From the human T2T-CHM13v2.0 reference genome, Homo sapiens, in the NCBI RefSeq assembly GCF_009914755.1, contig NC_060932.1: 64,000 bases of DNA; one strand, written 5' to 3'. Shown one piece after another: positions 1 through 12,804 of this stretch (its first letter is position 1; the number at the start of each line of letters is the position of its first letter). Made by a program: the position numbers and the translations under genes. The notes under the pieces were generated by a model. That model did no database searches and had not been told where the DNA came from. It worked only from the letters and a program-made list of their open reading frames with translations.

Positions 1-92
1 ATGGCATGAACCCAGGAGGCGGAGCTTGCAGTGAGCTGAGATCGTGCCACTGCACTCCAGCCTGGGCATCAGAGCGAGATTCCGTCCAAAAA
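1..92 (+). mobile_element. Alu right-arm 3' end (AluY-like), cut by the window edge
   Basis: ATGGCATGAACCCAGGAGGCGGAGCTTGCAGTGAGC...CACTGCACTCCAGCCTGGG; AluY-type 'ggagcttgca'; short A tail. Confidence 0.9.
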
Positions 93-134
93 CACAGAGT
101 ACTCTATCCAGCTCAGGTGGTTAAGAAATATGTT

Positions 135-385
135 ATAGTTGTACATATTTTGGGAGTAAATGTGACATTTTGATACCTGTATACAATTTGTAATGATCAA
201 ATCAGGGTAATTGGGATATTCATCACCTCAAACATTTATCTTTTGTTTGTGTTGGGAACATTACATTTCTACTCTTCTAGCTATTTGAAATAAACAACAA
301 ATTATCATTAACTGTAATTTCCCTACTGTACTATCTAATACAAGAACTTATGTCTTCTACCTAACTGTATTTTTGTACTTCTTAA
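135..385 (-). mobile_element. L1MA-type 3'UTR fragment
   Basis: tgtaatgatcaaatcagggtaattgggatattcatcacctcaaacattt is antisense L1MA 3' end. Confidence 0.8.
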
Positions 386-479
386 AAACAATACAGCTCA
401 AGGGTTTTAAGAGGCATTTGCTGTCTTTTTCCTCTGCCTCTAGTTTAAAGCAGACAATGATAAGTTGCAAATAAAGCAC

Positions 480-655
480 AATATGGACAAAGCCTAGGTT
501 GCTCAATCATTATGTAGATGAGAGTCACCTGTCAATGAGAAATTCCTGCTTTCAAAAATTCCATGAATGAGAAAAATAAATTTTACTGTATGTAAGCTAT
601 TCTGTATTTGGAGATCCATTTATTAGAGCAGGTTAGCCTACACTAACTCAAACTA
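480..655 (+). mobile_element. Old MaLR LTR (MLT1-type) 3' fragment
   Basis: atgagaaaaataaattttactgtatgtaagc...atttattagagcaggttagcctacactaact resembles the MLT1 LTR 3' end. Confidence 0.55.
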
Positions 656-739
656 GATGTGACTTATTGGTCATAGATATGTGCAACATTAAGTAAATTT
701 AGTAATGATTTATATTTTGGTTTACAAAGTATGTATATC

Positions 740-3005
740 TGCTTACTGTCTGCAAATGTACTTGAGAGTTTTACTTGCCCTAAAACTTCACCAACTCTCA
801 AGGTTCTTAGTTTTAACTATTGGTCAATGACAATGACAATGTATATATTAATAAGTGCTTGTGCTAATTTGCATTTCCCAGATAAATAGTGAAGGTACAC
901 ACTTTTTCAAATGTTGATTGGGCATTCAGTTTTCTTTTTCTAGAAAAACGTCTTTATGTATTTTTCCATATTTTATTTTGAATTTTTAAATTACTTTAAT
1001 GACATTCATTTTGTAATCTGGTTTTGATTTATCACTTAACATGCATAACAGGTATCTTTTGTAAATATGGGGCATATTATTTAACTTTTGCAAAAATAAA
1101 ATGTTTTTTTATATGCAAATCACTTTTTAATTTTGAATACTGTAAAATTAATCAGTCTTGTCCTCTTTGAGTTTTCATTTTTTATAATAGTCTTTCCTAC
1201 TCCAAAATCTTGTAGATGTTGTTCTGCATTCCACTCTGTTTTAAAATTTTGCATTTTATAATTATGTCTTACTATAAATACTTTTTTTGTGTGTACCGTG
1301 AGTCAGGACTGTATTTTATTTTTTACATGTGGACTATGAAGTGTCCTGAGTGTTACACTGATATTTTGTTGTTTCCCTATTGATGTATCGTGCCAATTTT
1401 ATTGTATACTAACTCCCCATATTTCCATATGGGCACACAGTTCAGATCCATTAGCTATCTATCTATACTTGGGTTAATAAAATAAACATTATGTACAATA
1501 GCTTCATTATTAGCTTAACATGTTGATCATGTCTTTCTGAGGGTTAATATTATTTCTTATAGATACTATTATTTGATACAGTTAATTCCATATAATTTTA
1601 AAGATGAATTTGTACATCTATGTTAAACCTTTCATTGGGAATTTTATTGAATTCTGAAATTAGTTTGAAATGAATTATAAGTTTGATCATGTAGAGCCTT
1701 TCTATATGCCAGATTGAATAGTATATTGGCTCAGGTATGCTTTCTGTCTCTTCAATAAAGGTTCATATTTCTCTGTACAGATTTTATACAACATTGTTAG
1801 ATTTATTTTGGAATAAGTAAATGTCATAACTTTTGTTATAACTGTTGTCAGTATTATTAATAACATTTTAAATAATTTTTTCTGTCTTTTAAATTAGTTA
1901 TTCTGAGAAAACACTATTGATATTTGTATGTTAGTTTTCTTTTTTATGAAGAATCTTAGGTCAACAGTAATATTAATATTGACATTTAGTCTATAGCATA
2001 TCTGACTTTCTTTTTATAATCATACTCTTCAGCAATGATTAAAGTTTAGCCATTTTTTTCTGTTTCCTACTTAATCTTTAAATGCCTAAAGAATTTGTAG
2101 TGATGTCAGCTCTCTGATTCCTGATACTGCTAGTTTATGTTTTATGTTTTCTGCTTTTTTATGATAAACTTGGCTAGAAATTTCTCTATTTTGTTGATCT
2201 TTTCAAAGAATAAGCATTTCTAACTTTATTGCTTTTCTGAGTATTTATTTCATTGACTTCTGATCTTATTTATCATTGCCATCCTTCTTCTAACTTTGGA
2301 TTATATTTTTCTTTTACTAGTTGCAGAGTTCATTAATGTAAGACTTTCCTTCTTTTAATATAAAAATACAGTGCTATAAATTTTCCCCTAAGTATTGCAT
2401 TATTTGCACCCCAAATTTTTAATTTGTTGCTTTGATTTTCCTTCAGTTCAAAATAGCTTTTAATTTATTATTCTTTTCTTTTTTGATATATGGGTTGTTG
2501 ATAAATGTGTCACTTCATTTACATATACTTGAAAATCATTGCTATTAATTTCTAATTTATTTTCTCTTTTTGTCAGATAATACACTTCGTAGGATTTGAA
2601 ACCTTTTCCGTTTGTTGAGACTTGTTCTATAGCACAAAATATAGTCTAATTTGGAAAATGTTCTGTGTGCATTTGAAAAGGATACACATTTGAAAAAGAC
2701 ATGCTATTGTTGAATAGAGTGTCCTATCATTATCTGTTAGGTTAAGTTGTTGACAATGTTATTTCAGGGTTCTTTGTAGATTTGCTTATTTCTCTTTCTA
2801 GTTCCATTTGTTTTTGCCTAACATATTTAAAATTCTGTTATTAGTGATTAATTTTTTAGGACTTTTATGTCCTTTTGATGAAATGACTCACTGCTTATTA
2901 GTAAATGACCTTCGTGAACTCTTGGTTTCATTCTTGGCCTTGACTTTTATTTTACCTGGTATCAATATAAGCACTCCAACTTTCTTTTTTTTTACTATTA
3001 TTTAC
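740..3005 (-). mobile_element. Old L1 (L1M) ORF2 fragments, antisense
   Basis: gtgctaatttgcatttcccagataaatagtga (ORF2 3' end); near 2950-3005 the reverse strand resembles the EN-domain KKAGVAILISDK region; discontinuity near 2090. Confidence 0.75.
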
Positions 3006-3095
3006 ATAAAAAAAGAAAGAAAAGGAGAAGAATAGATGGTACCAACAGAAAACAAGCAACAAGATGATCATCTTGTTGGGGAACATTATTATTGA

Positions 3096-3690
3096 ACTTA
3101 CAGGCATAAAAATTATTATAATAAAATACTATGAAAAATTTCAATGCCAATAACCTGGATGAAATAGACAAAATTTTTAGAAAGATACAAACTACCAAAA
3201 CTGACTCAAGAAGATATAAGCATCAGAATAAATCCATAACTAGCAAAGAGCATGAATTAGTAATACAGTAATTCCCCACAAAATATCTAAGCTTATATAG
3301 CTTGACTAGTGAATCCTACAAAATGTTTAAAGCAGAATTAACAGCAACCCTTTACACACTTTCTCAAATAATAGAAGAGAAGGAAACACTTCACCTTTCG
3401 TTTTATGAAGTCAATATTCCCCTCATACCAAAACTAAGCAAAATCATCACAAAATAATAAAACTGCAAACCATTAACATTAACAAATATAGCTAGCCACA
3501 TCTATTGTCTATGAAATACTAGCAAATCAAATTATATAAAATCAAATCATTTTATAAAACATGTAAAATGGATTATATAGCATGATCAAGTGAGTTTTAT
3601 CCAAGGAATGCAAGATCGGCTAAACATAGGAAAACCATCACATGATCATCTCAATAGCCTCAGAAACTGCATTTGACAAAAATTTAAAGC
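3096..3690 (+). mobile_element. Old L1 ORF2 fragment (linker to start of RT), sense
   Basis: ctggatgaaatagacaaa (LDEMDK), catgatcaagtgagttttatccaaggaatgcaag (HDQVGFIPGMQ), gcatttgacaaaa (AFDK). Confidence 0.85.
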
Positions 3691-3699
3691 CTTTCAACT

Positions 3700-6000
3700 G
3701 ATTTCATTTTCTTCACCCTGAAGAGCAGGCATTGTCTAACATTTCTTGGAGTGTAAGACTGTTGATAATACTTTTTTTTTATGTTCAAGAATGTAATCAA
3801 CTTAAAAATTTTAAAGAGATTTTGTTTCTTAAGAATTCTAGATTGGCAGTTGTCTCCCCTTTACTTTAAAAATGTTTCTTTGCTATCTATTTGTTTGGAT
3901 TGTTTCCACAGTGTATCTATTGTGCTTCTTATATTTTTTTTCTCTGTATGTAATGCATCTTTTTATTTCTGAACGCTGTTTTAGATTTTCTCATTTTAAC
4001 TGCATTTAGTTGAATGATTCTGCAATGTAATTACAGTGTGCTCCAGTGTAATTTTCTTCATTTTCTTTTTTGGGATTAATTAAACTTCTTGGGTCAATTC
4101 ATAGTTTTACCAAATTTGAAAGCATTTGGCCAATACTTTAGCATGTACCCTTGTTCTGCCCCTATCTCTCTTGTTTGAGAACTCCCATCACTCCTGTATT
4201 TATCTACTTAACATTTTGCTAGGTCCACTCATGCTTTTTTTTTTTTTTCCTCCTGCATTTCATTTTGACTATATTCCATTGTTAGTCTTCTACATCACTA
4301 ATATTTTCATCTTCAGTTTTTAATCTCATGTTATCCTCATCCAGCATATTTTTCCTGAGACATATTCATTTTCATATTCTGAAGTTTGATTTGGGTCACT
4401 TTATTTCTTCCATGTCTCTATCTAAAATTTTCAGCATATGAAATATATTAATAGTAGTTTCAGTTACCCAGGTCAACTGCTGTCTAAAATATTAAATGGA
4501 AAATTCCAGAATGCATAAATTTTAAATTGCACTCCATTCTGAGTAGTGTGATGAAATCTCATGCTGTCCTGGTCTGACCTGCCAGGGACGTGATTCATCC
4601 CTTTTTCCAGTGTATCCATGCTGTCTATGCTACCTACCTATTAGCTGCTTAGTAGCCATCTTGGTTATCAGGTTGACTGTCATGGTATCACAGTGCTTCT
4701 GTTCAAGTAACACTTATTGTACTTAATAATGTCCCCAAAGTATGAGAGGACGAGACAGGCAATTTGGATATGCCAAAGGAAACATTTAAAGTGCTTCCTT
4801 GAAGTGAAAAGGCAGAAGTTCTTAATAAGGAAAGAAAAAAATGCATATGCTGAGGTTACTAAGATCTATGGTAAGACTAAATATTCAATTTGTGAAATTG
4901 GGAAAAAGAAAAAAAAACTATGCTGGTCTTGCTGTCATACTTCAAACTGCAAAAATTATAGCACAGGATATCATAAGTTCTCAGTTAAGACAGAATTTGT
5001 AAGTGAAAGATATTAAGAGAAAACATGTTCTGATTGTCAGTAACATTTTTCATTAGATTAACTTACATTAAATTAAATTAAATTTGATCAGAGGTATATA
5101 TGTATAAGGTTACTGCATCCACATTTTGGAATGTATCTCTTGTGGTTAAGGGAAAACTAGTCTACAGTTATAAGTGTTTTGTCAGATAATTCTGGCATTT
5201 ATGCCTCCTCTTTGTGAGTTTTGATGGTTTGCTGGATTGCGAGTCTTTATTTTCATGTTACTTCAATTGCCAGTTATTCTCTGATTAGATGGCTGACATT
5301 GGGAATTTTATCTTTTTGGATGATTGATATTTTGGCGTTCCTATTCCTGAACATTGTGATGGAATTCAGTTAAGTTACTTGGTAAACTTTGATTCTCTAG
5401 GACCTTGCTTTTAAGAATTTTTTAGGAGACACCTGAATAGAATTTAGTCTCTGGTTAATTTTTCTTCATTATTGGGAAATATCCTTTTTTGTTTTCTACC
5501 CAATGCTTCTCTATGAATTTTGAGGCAAACAGTATTCTTTGCACTGCATGAGTGTCAGATACTTCTTCCTCTAATTCTTTCAGGGAGATTCTTCCTCGGC
5601 TTCAGATACCTTCCTCTTATTTGTGGGCTTTTTAATATTTCACTGTATACTGAAGGAGACCCTGCACATTTTCTAAGTTTTTTTCCATAGGTAGCATTTT
5701 GCTCTCTGGTATTCTGTCTTGTAAGGACTCTAGCCACTTTGGCTTCTTGAAGTGTCAACTTATTCTCCTCAATTTGGCAAATCCCTGGGCTTCACTTGAG
5801 TTCCACCTCCCTTATCTCTGGCCTAGAAATTCATTCAATGAAGTAATATGGGGCATTTGTTTCCATGTTTTCAGATATCACTCACCTTTGTTGTCTAATA
5901 TCCAGTGTCTTGAAAGCCATTGCTTGCTATATTTTTTCTTGTTTCTTGGTTGTTTGAAATGGAAGAATAAATCCTGTCTTTTTTACTATCTTAGTCTTAT
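3700..6000 (-). mobile_element. Old L1 ORF1/5' region, antisense, interrupted by MER44
   Basis: T-rich degenerate antisense ORF1-like sequence on both sides of the Tigger insertion. Confidence 0.6.
4452..5163 (+). mobile_element. MER44/Tigger7 (TcMar-Tigger) DNA transposon deletion derivative with N-terminal transposase HTH remnant
   Basis: tttcagttacccaggtcaac...aaaatattaaatggaaaattccagaa matches MER44; ORF 4717-5016 contains IRKEKNAYAEVTKIYGK (pogo/CENP-B-type HTH); degenerate right TIR ending ...ggttaagggaaaactag. Confidence 0.85.
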
Positions 6001-6899
6001 ATTTAACAATTTTCATTTTTCTCTATCCATATCAGATTTCATATGTTGCCTTTAATTTTCATCTCAAAATAGCTCATGTTCTGTTTGTTGTTGTGTAGGC
6101 TTTGGATATAATCTTTCTCTTGGATTACTATGTAAAAGTAGCAGTCCAGTTTCTGTTTTATGTAATTATTTGGAATTTTATTATAGGCAAAATTTATTAC
6201 ACAAATTTATACTTGTTCTTAGGGTGCAAAATGGATGCCTCTTTTCTACTTTTATGATAGTCTTCATTCAACTTCAAGTCGCATTTGTTACAGTTTTTGG
6301 TTATCATCACTGTTATTATGAATATAGTTGATTTGTATTTGACCTATTAGCGTTTGTTAAAACTCTTTACCTTGTATTTCTACCAGTTTCTCCTTAAGTA
6401 TTCAATACTTTAAATTTACATATGGTGGTCCTATATGAATCAAGGTTACAGTTATATCGCTATTTATTGTCTAATATGGATTTATCTTTTATAACCCTAC
6501 TAGTTTTTAAATGTATCCTCAAATTCAAATTAAAAGAATAAAGGAAAAACATGGCAATGATTTATTTCTGCAATCAAGTGGGTTTAGCAGATTGGAAGCA
6601 GAACTACATACATCAATGATAAGAAATCTTATAGTGTTTTCTACTTCTTACTATAGCAGTTTGCATCCGCAGGTGTTCTGTGGCTTTTTCGCAATGTCAT
6701 ATGCCTTTGGAATACTTGAATACACTCTTCTCAGGTGCACTGTACATTGCAGTTCCCCTCTGTTTCTTTTATTCTGGTGTGTCTAATAGTTTCACAATAG
6801 TATTTAACTATGATCTCCTAGATTTCTCTTATGGAATAAGTAATCCTTCCTAATTTGGAGGACCAGTGCGTATTTCCTTCGAATAACATTTTCTTGACA

Positions 6900-7170
6900 G
6901 CAGAGTAAACAGTTAGTTAGGAATAGGGCTTAGGGCTAGAGTTGATAGAGCTGCATTTCTATTAGTACAATTGCCCTCAAGTCTCCAGCACATACCAGTA
7001 GCTGTTTAAACACAGCCATCACCTAACTCTTTGTGTGTTATTTTATTTATCTGTAAAAGGGGATTATTATTTGTAACTATACCTGCATGATGATATGAGT
7101 TAATATCTTCAAATAGAGCAGTATGTGGAACAGTTAAGTGCTTAGTAAATATGTGTTATTATGATTATCA
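6900..7170 (+). mobile_element. MIR SINE
   Basis: tttatctgtaaaaggggattat core; aagtgcttagtaaatatgtgttattat tail. Confidence 0.65.
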
Positions 7171-7244
7171 CTAACAATTATGCAAAAATCCAAAGATGGA
7201 TTTGTACCTATCTGATGCTCTAGTTCTATTGAAATAAAAAAATA

Positions 7245-7610
7245 AATAAATACATGTGGTATATATACACAGTGGAATACTATTCAGCCACAAAAAAGAA
7301 CAAAATTATGTCTTTGGAAGCAACAGGAATGGAGCTGGAGGCCGTTATCTTAAGTGAAACAACTCAGTCATATAAAGACGAATACCACACGTTCTCACTC
7401 GTCAGTGGGGGCTAAGTGATGTATAAACATGGAAGCAGAGTGTGGAATTATGGACAATGGGAAATCAGAGGGGCTGTAGAGTGGGAGAGGGTGGATGATG
7501 GGAGGCTGCTCGATGGATGCAATGTGCACTGCTGCAGTGATGGATGCACTGAAGGCCCTCACTTCACCACAATGCAGCAACATTTCATTTGTCCCCACTC
7601 TATGAAGACA
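7245..7610 (+). mobile_element. L1PB-type (L1PB4-like) 3' end
   Basis: tggaatactattcagccacaaaaaagaac...gagctggaggccgttatcttaagtgaaac...gggtggatgatg. Confidence 0.85.
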
Positions 7611-7781
7611 GACAAATGAAAGATAATCCTAAAAGGAAAAGGCATGAAATCCTTGCAATTTAGTGATTATGGAAGAATGATGATTAGTGTAATAATAACT
7701 TTGAGAAGTAAAAGTCTTGAAACATTGGTATTTGTCAAATTCTAAGAAAATCCCTTCCACTATAGATATTAGATATCTTAC

Positions 7782-7927
7782 TTTTCTTTTTTTTTATTAT
7801 ACTTTAAGTTTTAGGGTACTTGTGCACAGCATGCAGGTTTGTTACACATATATACATGTGCCATGTTGGTATGCTGCACCCATTAACTCGTCATTTAACA
7901 TTAGGTATATCTCCTAATGCTATCCCT
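7782..7927 (-). mobile_element. 5'-truncated L1PA 3' end (~145 bp)
   Basis: poly-T followed by attatactttaagttttagggtac...gcacccattaactcgtcattt...ctcctaatgctatccc. Confidence 0.92.
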
Positions 7928-10138
7928 TTAATGTTGAAAAATTGATATATATTTTATCTTATAATTACAGAGAAGATTAAAATGCTTAACATCATAAAAA
8001 ATTAAAATAAAATCCAATAGACTTATTTTTGGGGGGACAAATTAAGAACACAAGATTTCTTATTTCTCTAAGACTCCATTTTGTGTTTGTTTTTATTTTT
8101 ACCATAAGGTGAATATAATCACATGTAGTTCATAAGAATATGATGTGTGCTAAGTTCTCCATAAATACCAGCTATTATTAAATAAAGGAGTAAATGATAT
8201 ATCCATATAACTATTAAAGAGGCACAAACATAATTCCAGGTACTCCAGAGTATGTTCTTTGAGAATATAACCAGAAGCTGCATTCAGAAATAAAGCTAAA
8301 AAACTTGTTTGTTTAATAAGGGAATGTCTTTTTCTTGTTGTTTGTTTCTCTTTCTCTTTATTGCTTACCAGGTTAATTACTAAGTTGTCTAAATTTTAAT
8401 GTTTCTAAATGTCAAAAAGTAGGTGTCCATCCTTCATAAATCTTAAACCCCATATTAACAGCACATGCAATGTTTTGAAGAAAGAACTTTAGAATCAATT
8501 TCTAATTTTCTTAACCAGCCACAGAATTTATTATAAAGGATTTTTAGAAGTTTGTTGCCATGATTTTATATAACTCTTAATTTTATTTAAAGCAGTAATT
8601 GTCTTCTTAGCATCACACACAAAAATCGCGCTGGGTAAAAGACTTCTACAAAGTCCTGCTAATTGATTAAAATGATAGTTTTGAAAGGCCATATTCCACA
8701 CAGAGTTTTTCAGTTTGCATTAAAGAAGTTTCATATATTTTTGGAATGTTATTGTTATAGACAGAGTAAGTAGAACTTGAAAATGTTGCCTAGGTTTTAC
8801 TAAGATTCTAGTAACTACAAATAAAAAAATAGGCTCCTCACAATGTACTAGTAAGATGTAAAAGATAAGGGAGTGGTCATTGAAGAAAAAGAGATTAACC
8901 TCAAAATAGAACTTGCGATTGTTCTGTACTTTCAACCTGATAATGTTCTCAGACAAAACAAACCATAAATAAAAATAACAGCAATATTCATCACACTGAA
9001 GTAATAACTTAGAGAACTTAGAATTAATCTGCATTTTTACAAAAACACTAGCATATGCTCATTTATCATGAAAATCCTTTCTATCCAATATTGAAAATAA
9101 TGAAGACTGTGCTTTGCAAGGAAAAATATTCATTGGTGCCATATTTCCATATACTCTCAGGCAAACATTTCCTCCTCCAGAGCATTTGATATATAATAAG
9201 AACACCTTCAATCTTGACAGCAATCTGAAAACCATAAGAAAGATAAAGCTATAAAGGTATATCAGTAGGCGCTGCCCATTACCTGCTTAGAACTATGGCA
9301 GTGATTGATGCCCAGCACAGTTATTTTGACCTATACCTTCAGAAGAGTCTCAGTAACCTTAACAAGTGTATTCCCACTAGCTTTGATCTTTCATCAGAAC
9401 ATACACACCATGTTTATATTTACTGAAGAAGCTATTCACTCTCAGTGAGTATTCTCTGAGGAATTTCTCCCCAAATCTCAGTAAGACCTCATAAAACACT
9501 AACATCCTTAGTCAAAGCTTTTTTAAATACCTCACTAAATGCATGGATATGCCAAAATGATAATATTACCCACTGAGGGAAGTAAGCAAAGGTCCAAAAA
9601 AGAATATGGGTGATTGTACCACAAAGCATTCAAAGATGATTTATACCAAATTGCTTTGACATTTTAAAAAATGAATTTAACTTTCACTCAAGAATTTCCC
9701 TTTTCATAAAATAAAATACTGTCACATTGTGTACTTGACAGTACTGGACAAAGACATGCTTTAACTTTTTTGATTTGTGAGTCAGGGGAAAGAAATATAG
9801 AAAACACATGAAACAAAGTATGGTGCTGAATTTGGAGAATATGAATGACATCAAAACTGTTAGTTATTTTTCTACAGACTTTTAAAAGCAAATCTTTCAA
9901 TAAAATGCCACAATTACTCACAAACATCAGCTTTGTAGAGAGTCATTGTGCATCATGTCAGTAGAGAAAGTTTGGTCTTTTTTCTTCCATCCTATTTGAT
10001 GATTTTACAAAACATATTTACTTAAGTTCATTTGGAATTTCAACATCACATAGGGGAAAGGTAAAGTAAACTGATGTTCTACTTCTGTTTTATCCTTCCC
10101 TTCCTTATCACCTCCTCCTGAATTACTACTTTTAATAG

Positions 10139-10261
10139 GATATTTACTGCATGCATTATTCCAGTATATTTCTGGGAAGCTATTAATGATAGCAAGCCCA
10201 GGATTGTCAGGGAAATTAACAGTTTCATCTCTTTTGTATTCCATTTCCTAAAACTTGTACT
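10139..10261 (+). other. Candidate 123-nt internal exon in unique sequence (host transcript unknown)
   Basis: Pyrimidine tract 10082-10119, ttttaatAG|G acceptor at 10138/10139, ACT|GTAAGT donor at 10261/10262; length divisible by 3; one frame open. Confidence 0.35.
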
Positions 10262-11954
10262 GTAAGTTCTGACATGTCTATAGCCTATACTTTTAAGCAT
10301 TTTTACATATGGCCCAAAGCCAGGTTACTGTTAAATGTTCCACTTGCCTATTTCAAGGCGCACGCAAAGTAAGAGGCAAAACAATGAATCAAGGTAATTG
10401 TGATTACTTTGAATAGTCATAATTGCAACAATCATTCCCTGCAATATTAAAAAGAATCAGATTCCAATAGTGTAATTTGCTTTTATATCTAGCCAACTAG
10501 AATGTTGTTACCATTAAGATATATTGCTTACATCTGTTTCTTCTTTAAATATATTGTGCCATTATATAGATAATAGCTTACTTTAAGTAGGTGAACATAA
10601 TTATTTTCTATATTTCTTTTTCATTCTACCATAATTGGGATATATTGGGTTGGAGTCAAATCACATTGCTCTGAAAGCATTTTAGAGTAATTTTTGATCT
10701 CTTGACTGAAACAAAAGAAAAAGCTTTCTGGCATTATTTTAAATCACTTGACAGATACACAGCAGGACAAATCCTGCCACATTTAAGGATGAACACATTG
10801 TAAAATGAGCCGTAACCAGCCATCTGTAGGTAATAAACATTACCTATTCTCTAGAATAATTAGCTCTTCAATTATCCATTAAACTTGGACTTGGGTATCT
10901 TTTCTCCAATAATATGCCTGCTACTTGTCACCAATCATTCCAAAAGTGTTATTTTTATAACAAAATATAAATGTGAAAAACAAAAATTAAATGAACAGGT
11001 GTCATTCCTTCTGGAAAAGTATTACTCCTCTTGGACAGTCCTTCTGAAAAATTTTCTATACCTAAGAAGAGATTCTTTTGCTAGATGATTTTGAAATCAA
11101 GAGAGGATAATAGGCTGTTGTAAATATTGAAAGCAGTATTTCCTTGGTTTGAAAAGAAAGCCTTAGATGGTAGAGTCATTAGCCTTGCTATTTTCCTAAT
11201 GACACTTTTGTAGTCATTCTGAAATAATTATTTTGATAGACAAGTACTCTGCTTCATGTGCACTCTGCTCTTAATTTATATTCCAAGAATTGACACAACT
11301 AAAGGTCTGTTAATCTCATTCTGACTTCAGATTCCTGGTATTTTCATGAGCTAACGGAAATTGTAACATATGGTATACTTTGTCACGCTGTTAGGTGATT
11401 TCATCTGATCTTCATATTACTTCCCAGTAGTCTCTTGCCATTAGCTTGTGATATTGAATACTGTGGTAGGCATGGCACTGAGCTCAACGCTGGAATGAGC
11501 TAACACTAATCCTGAAAGTCCTGTTATTTGTGCCAAAGGAGATATATTCCAATGTCACTGATTTGAAACATACTTTCTTATATTAACTTAGTACATGGTA
11601 ATAGCAGCAAATGTAGATGATAAACTGATAACATTTAATTAAAAAAGAAAAATAAGTTGATATATTTGTACTTAATGTTTTTTATTTCATAACATTTTAT
11701 ATTTTACTATAGAAGTTAATATTATACAAAATAAAGGGAAAGATTCATTTCCTTCCTGTTTGCTCAAAAACTAAGAAGATTATCAATCATGATTGACATT
11801 TATATTCTTAGTTAGGCATTTGATATACAATAGACTTTCTTTTCATTCTACTATCCATAAAATAAGTGGAATAAAACCTGAACTTCAGTCATATAACTCC
11901 TTGCTCTGTGGTTTGTTGGTGCACCTAGTAGTAGATTAGTGGTTTCTTTCTTAA

Positions 11955-12130
11955 TAAATTATTACATTCAAGAAATATCCTTGAGCATTTGTTGTATGTC
12001 AGGCAATATGTTATACACTGCAAATATAGAGCTGAACAAGATAGACCCAGTTGCTACCACCATGGAGCTCATGCGCAGAGGAGAATGCAGGCATCAATAC
12101 CTACAGTTGTGGCAAATGTTATCTGAATGA
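11955..12130 (-). mobile_element. L2 3' end
   Basis: cattcaagaaatatccttgagcatttgttgtatgtcaggca...tgaacaagatagacccag...catggagctca. Confidence 0.7.
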
Positions 12131-12296
12131 AAGTGCCACGTATTGATATCTAAAAGGAAGTAAAAAATGTAAATACAATGATCTTTTATCACAGAAAGTT
12201 CAACAACTTTGTATCTAAACCAAGAGACTCTATTGATTATTAAGACCAATAATAAAGTTTATTAAAATTATATGTATCAAAGAAAATGGTATGAAC

Positions 12297-12428
12297 AGTA
12301 TGACATCATCTTAACGTAACTAGTTACATCTGCAACAAACCTATCTTCAAGCAAGGTCACATTTTGAGGTACTGGAGTTTAGGACTCCAACATATGAATT
12401 TTGAGGGGGCATAATACAACCTATAACA
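12297..12428 (-). mobile_element. MLT1C-type LTR 5' fragment
   Basis: aaggtcacattttgaggtactggagtttaggactccaacatatgaattttgagggg...ctataaca. Confidence 0.8.
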
Positions 12429-12439
12429 CTTATCATATT

Positions 12440-12770
12440 TGCAAATATCATTAAAAATATGCCACTGCTAATATCTAATGTTGACAGTAGTATGAAGAAA
12501 GAGTCACTCTTATAGATACTGACAGAATTTTACATTAACAAATTATATTTATGGAAGAATTTTTGGCTGAATGTATCAAAAACTTAAAATGTGCTCAACT
12601 TGTGCTTCCACTTCTAGAAATGTATTTTTTTTTACAAACACAAGGGTGAACAGAAATTATTACACAAATATAATCACTGCAGCAATATATTAAAAAAACA
12701 GAATTATCTCTTCTTGAATTCATTTACAAGTCATATTTTGTAAGCCATTATAAATAATATTAAAATGTTT
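12440..12770 (+). mobile_element. Old L1 (L1ME-like) 3' fragment
   Basis: cactcttatagatactga...tggctgaatgtatcaaaaactt...ttccacttctagaaat. Confidence 0.5.
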
Positions 12771-12804
12771 TAATGTCTATGTTTTCATTATTAAAAAGAG
12801 AAGT

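Noticed and set aside
8329-8372. Strong-looking plus-strand splice acceptor
   Set aside because: No good downstream donor or open frame found.
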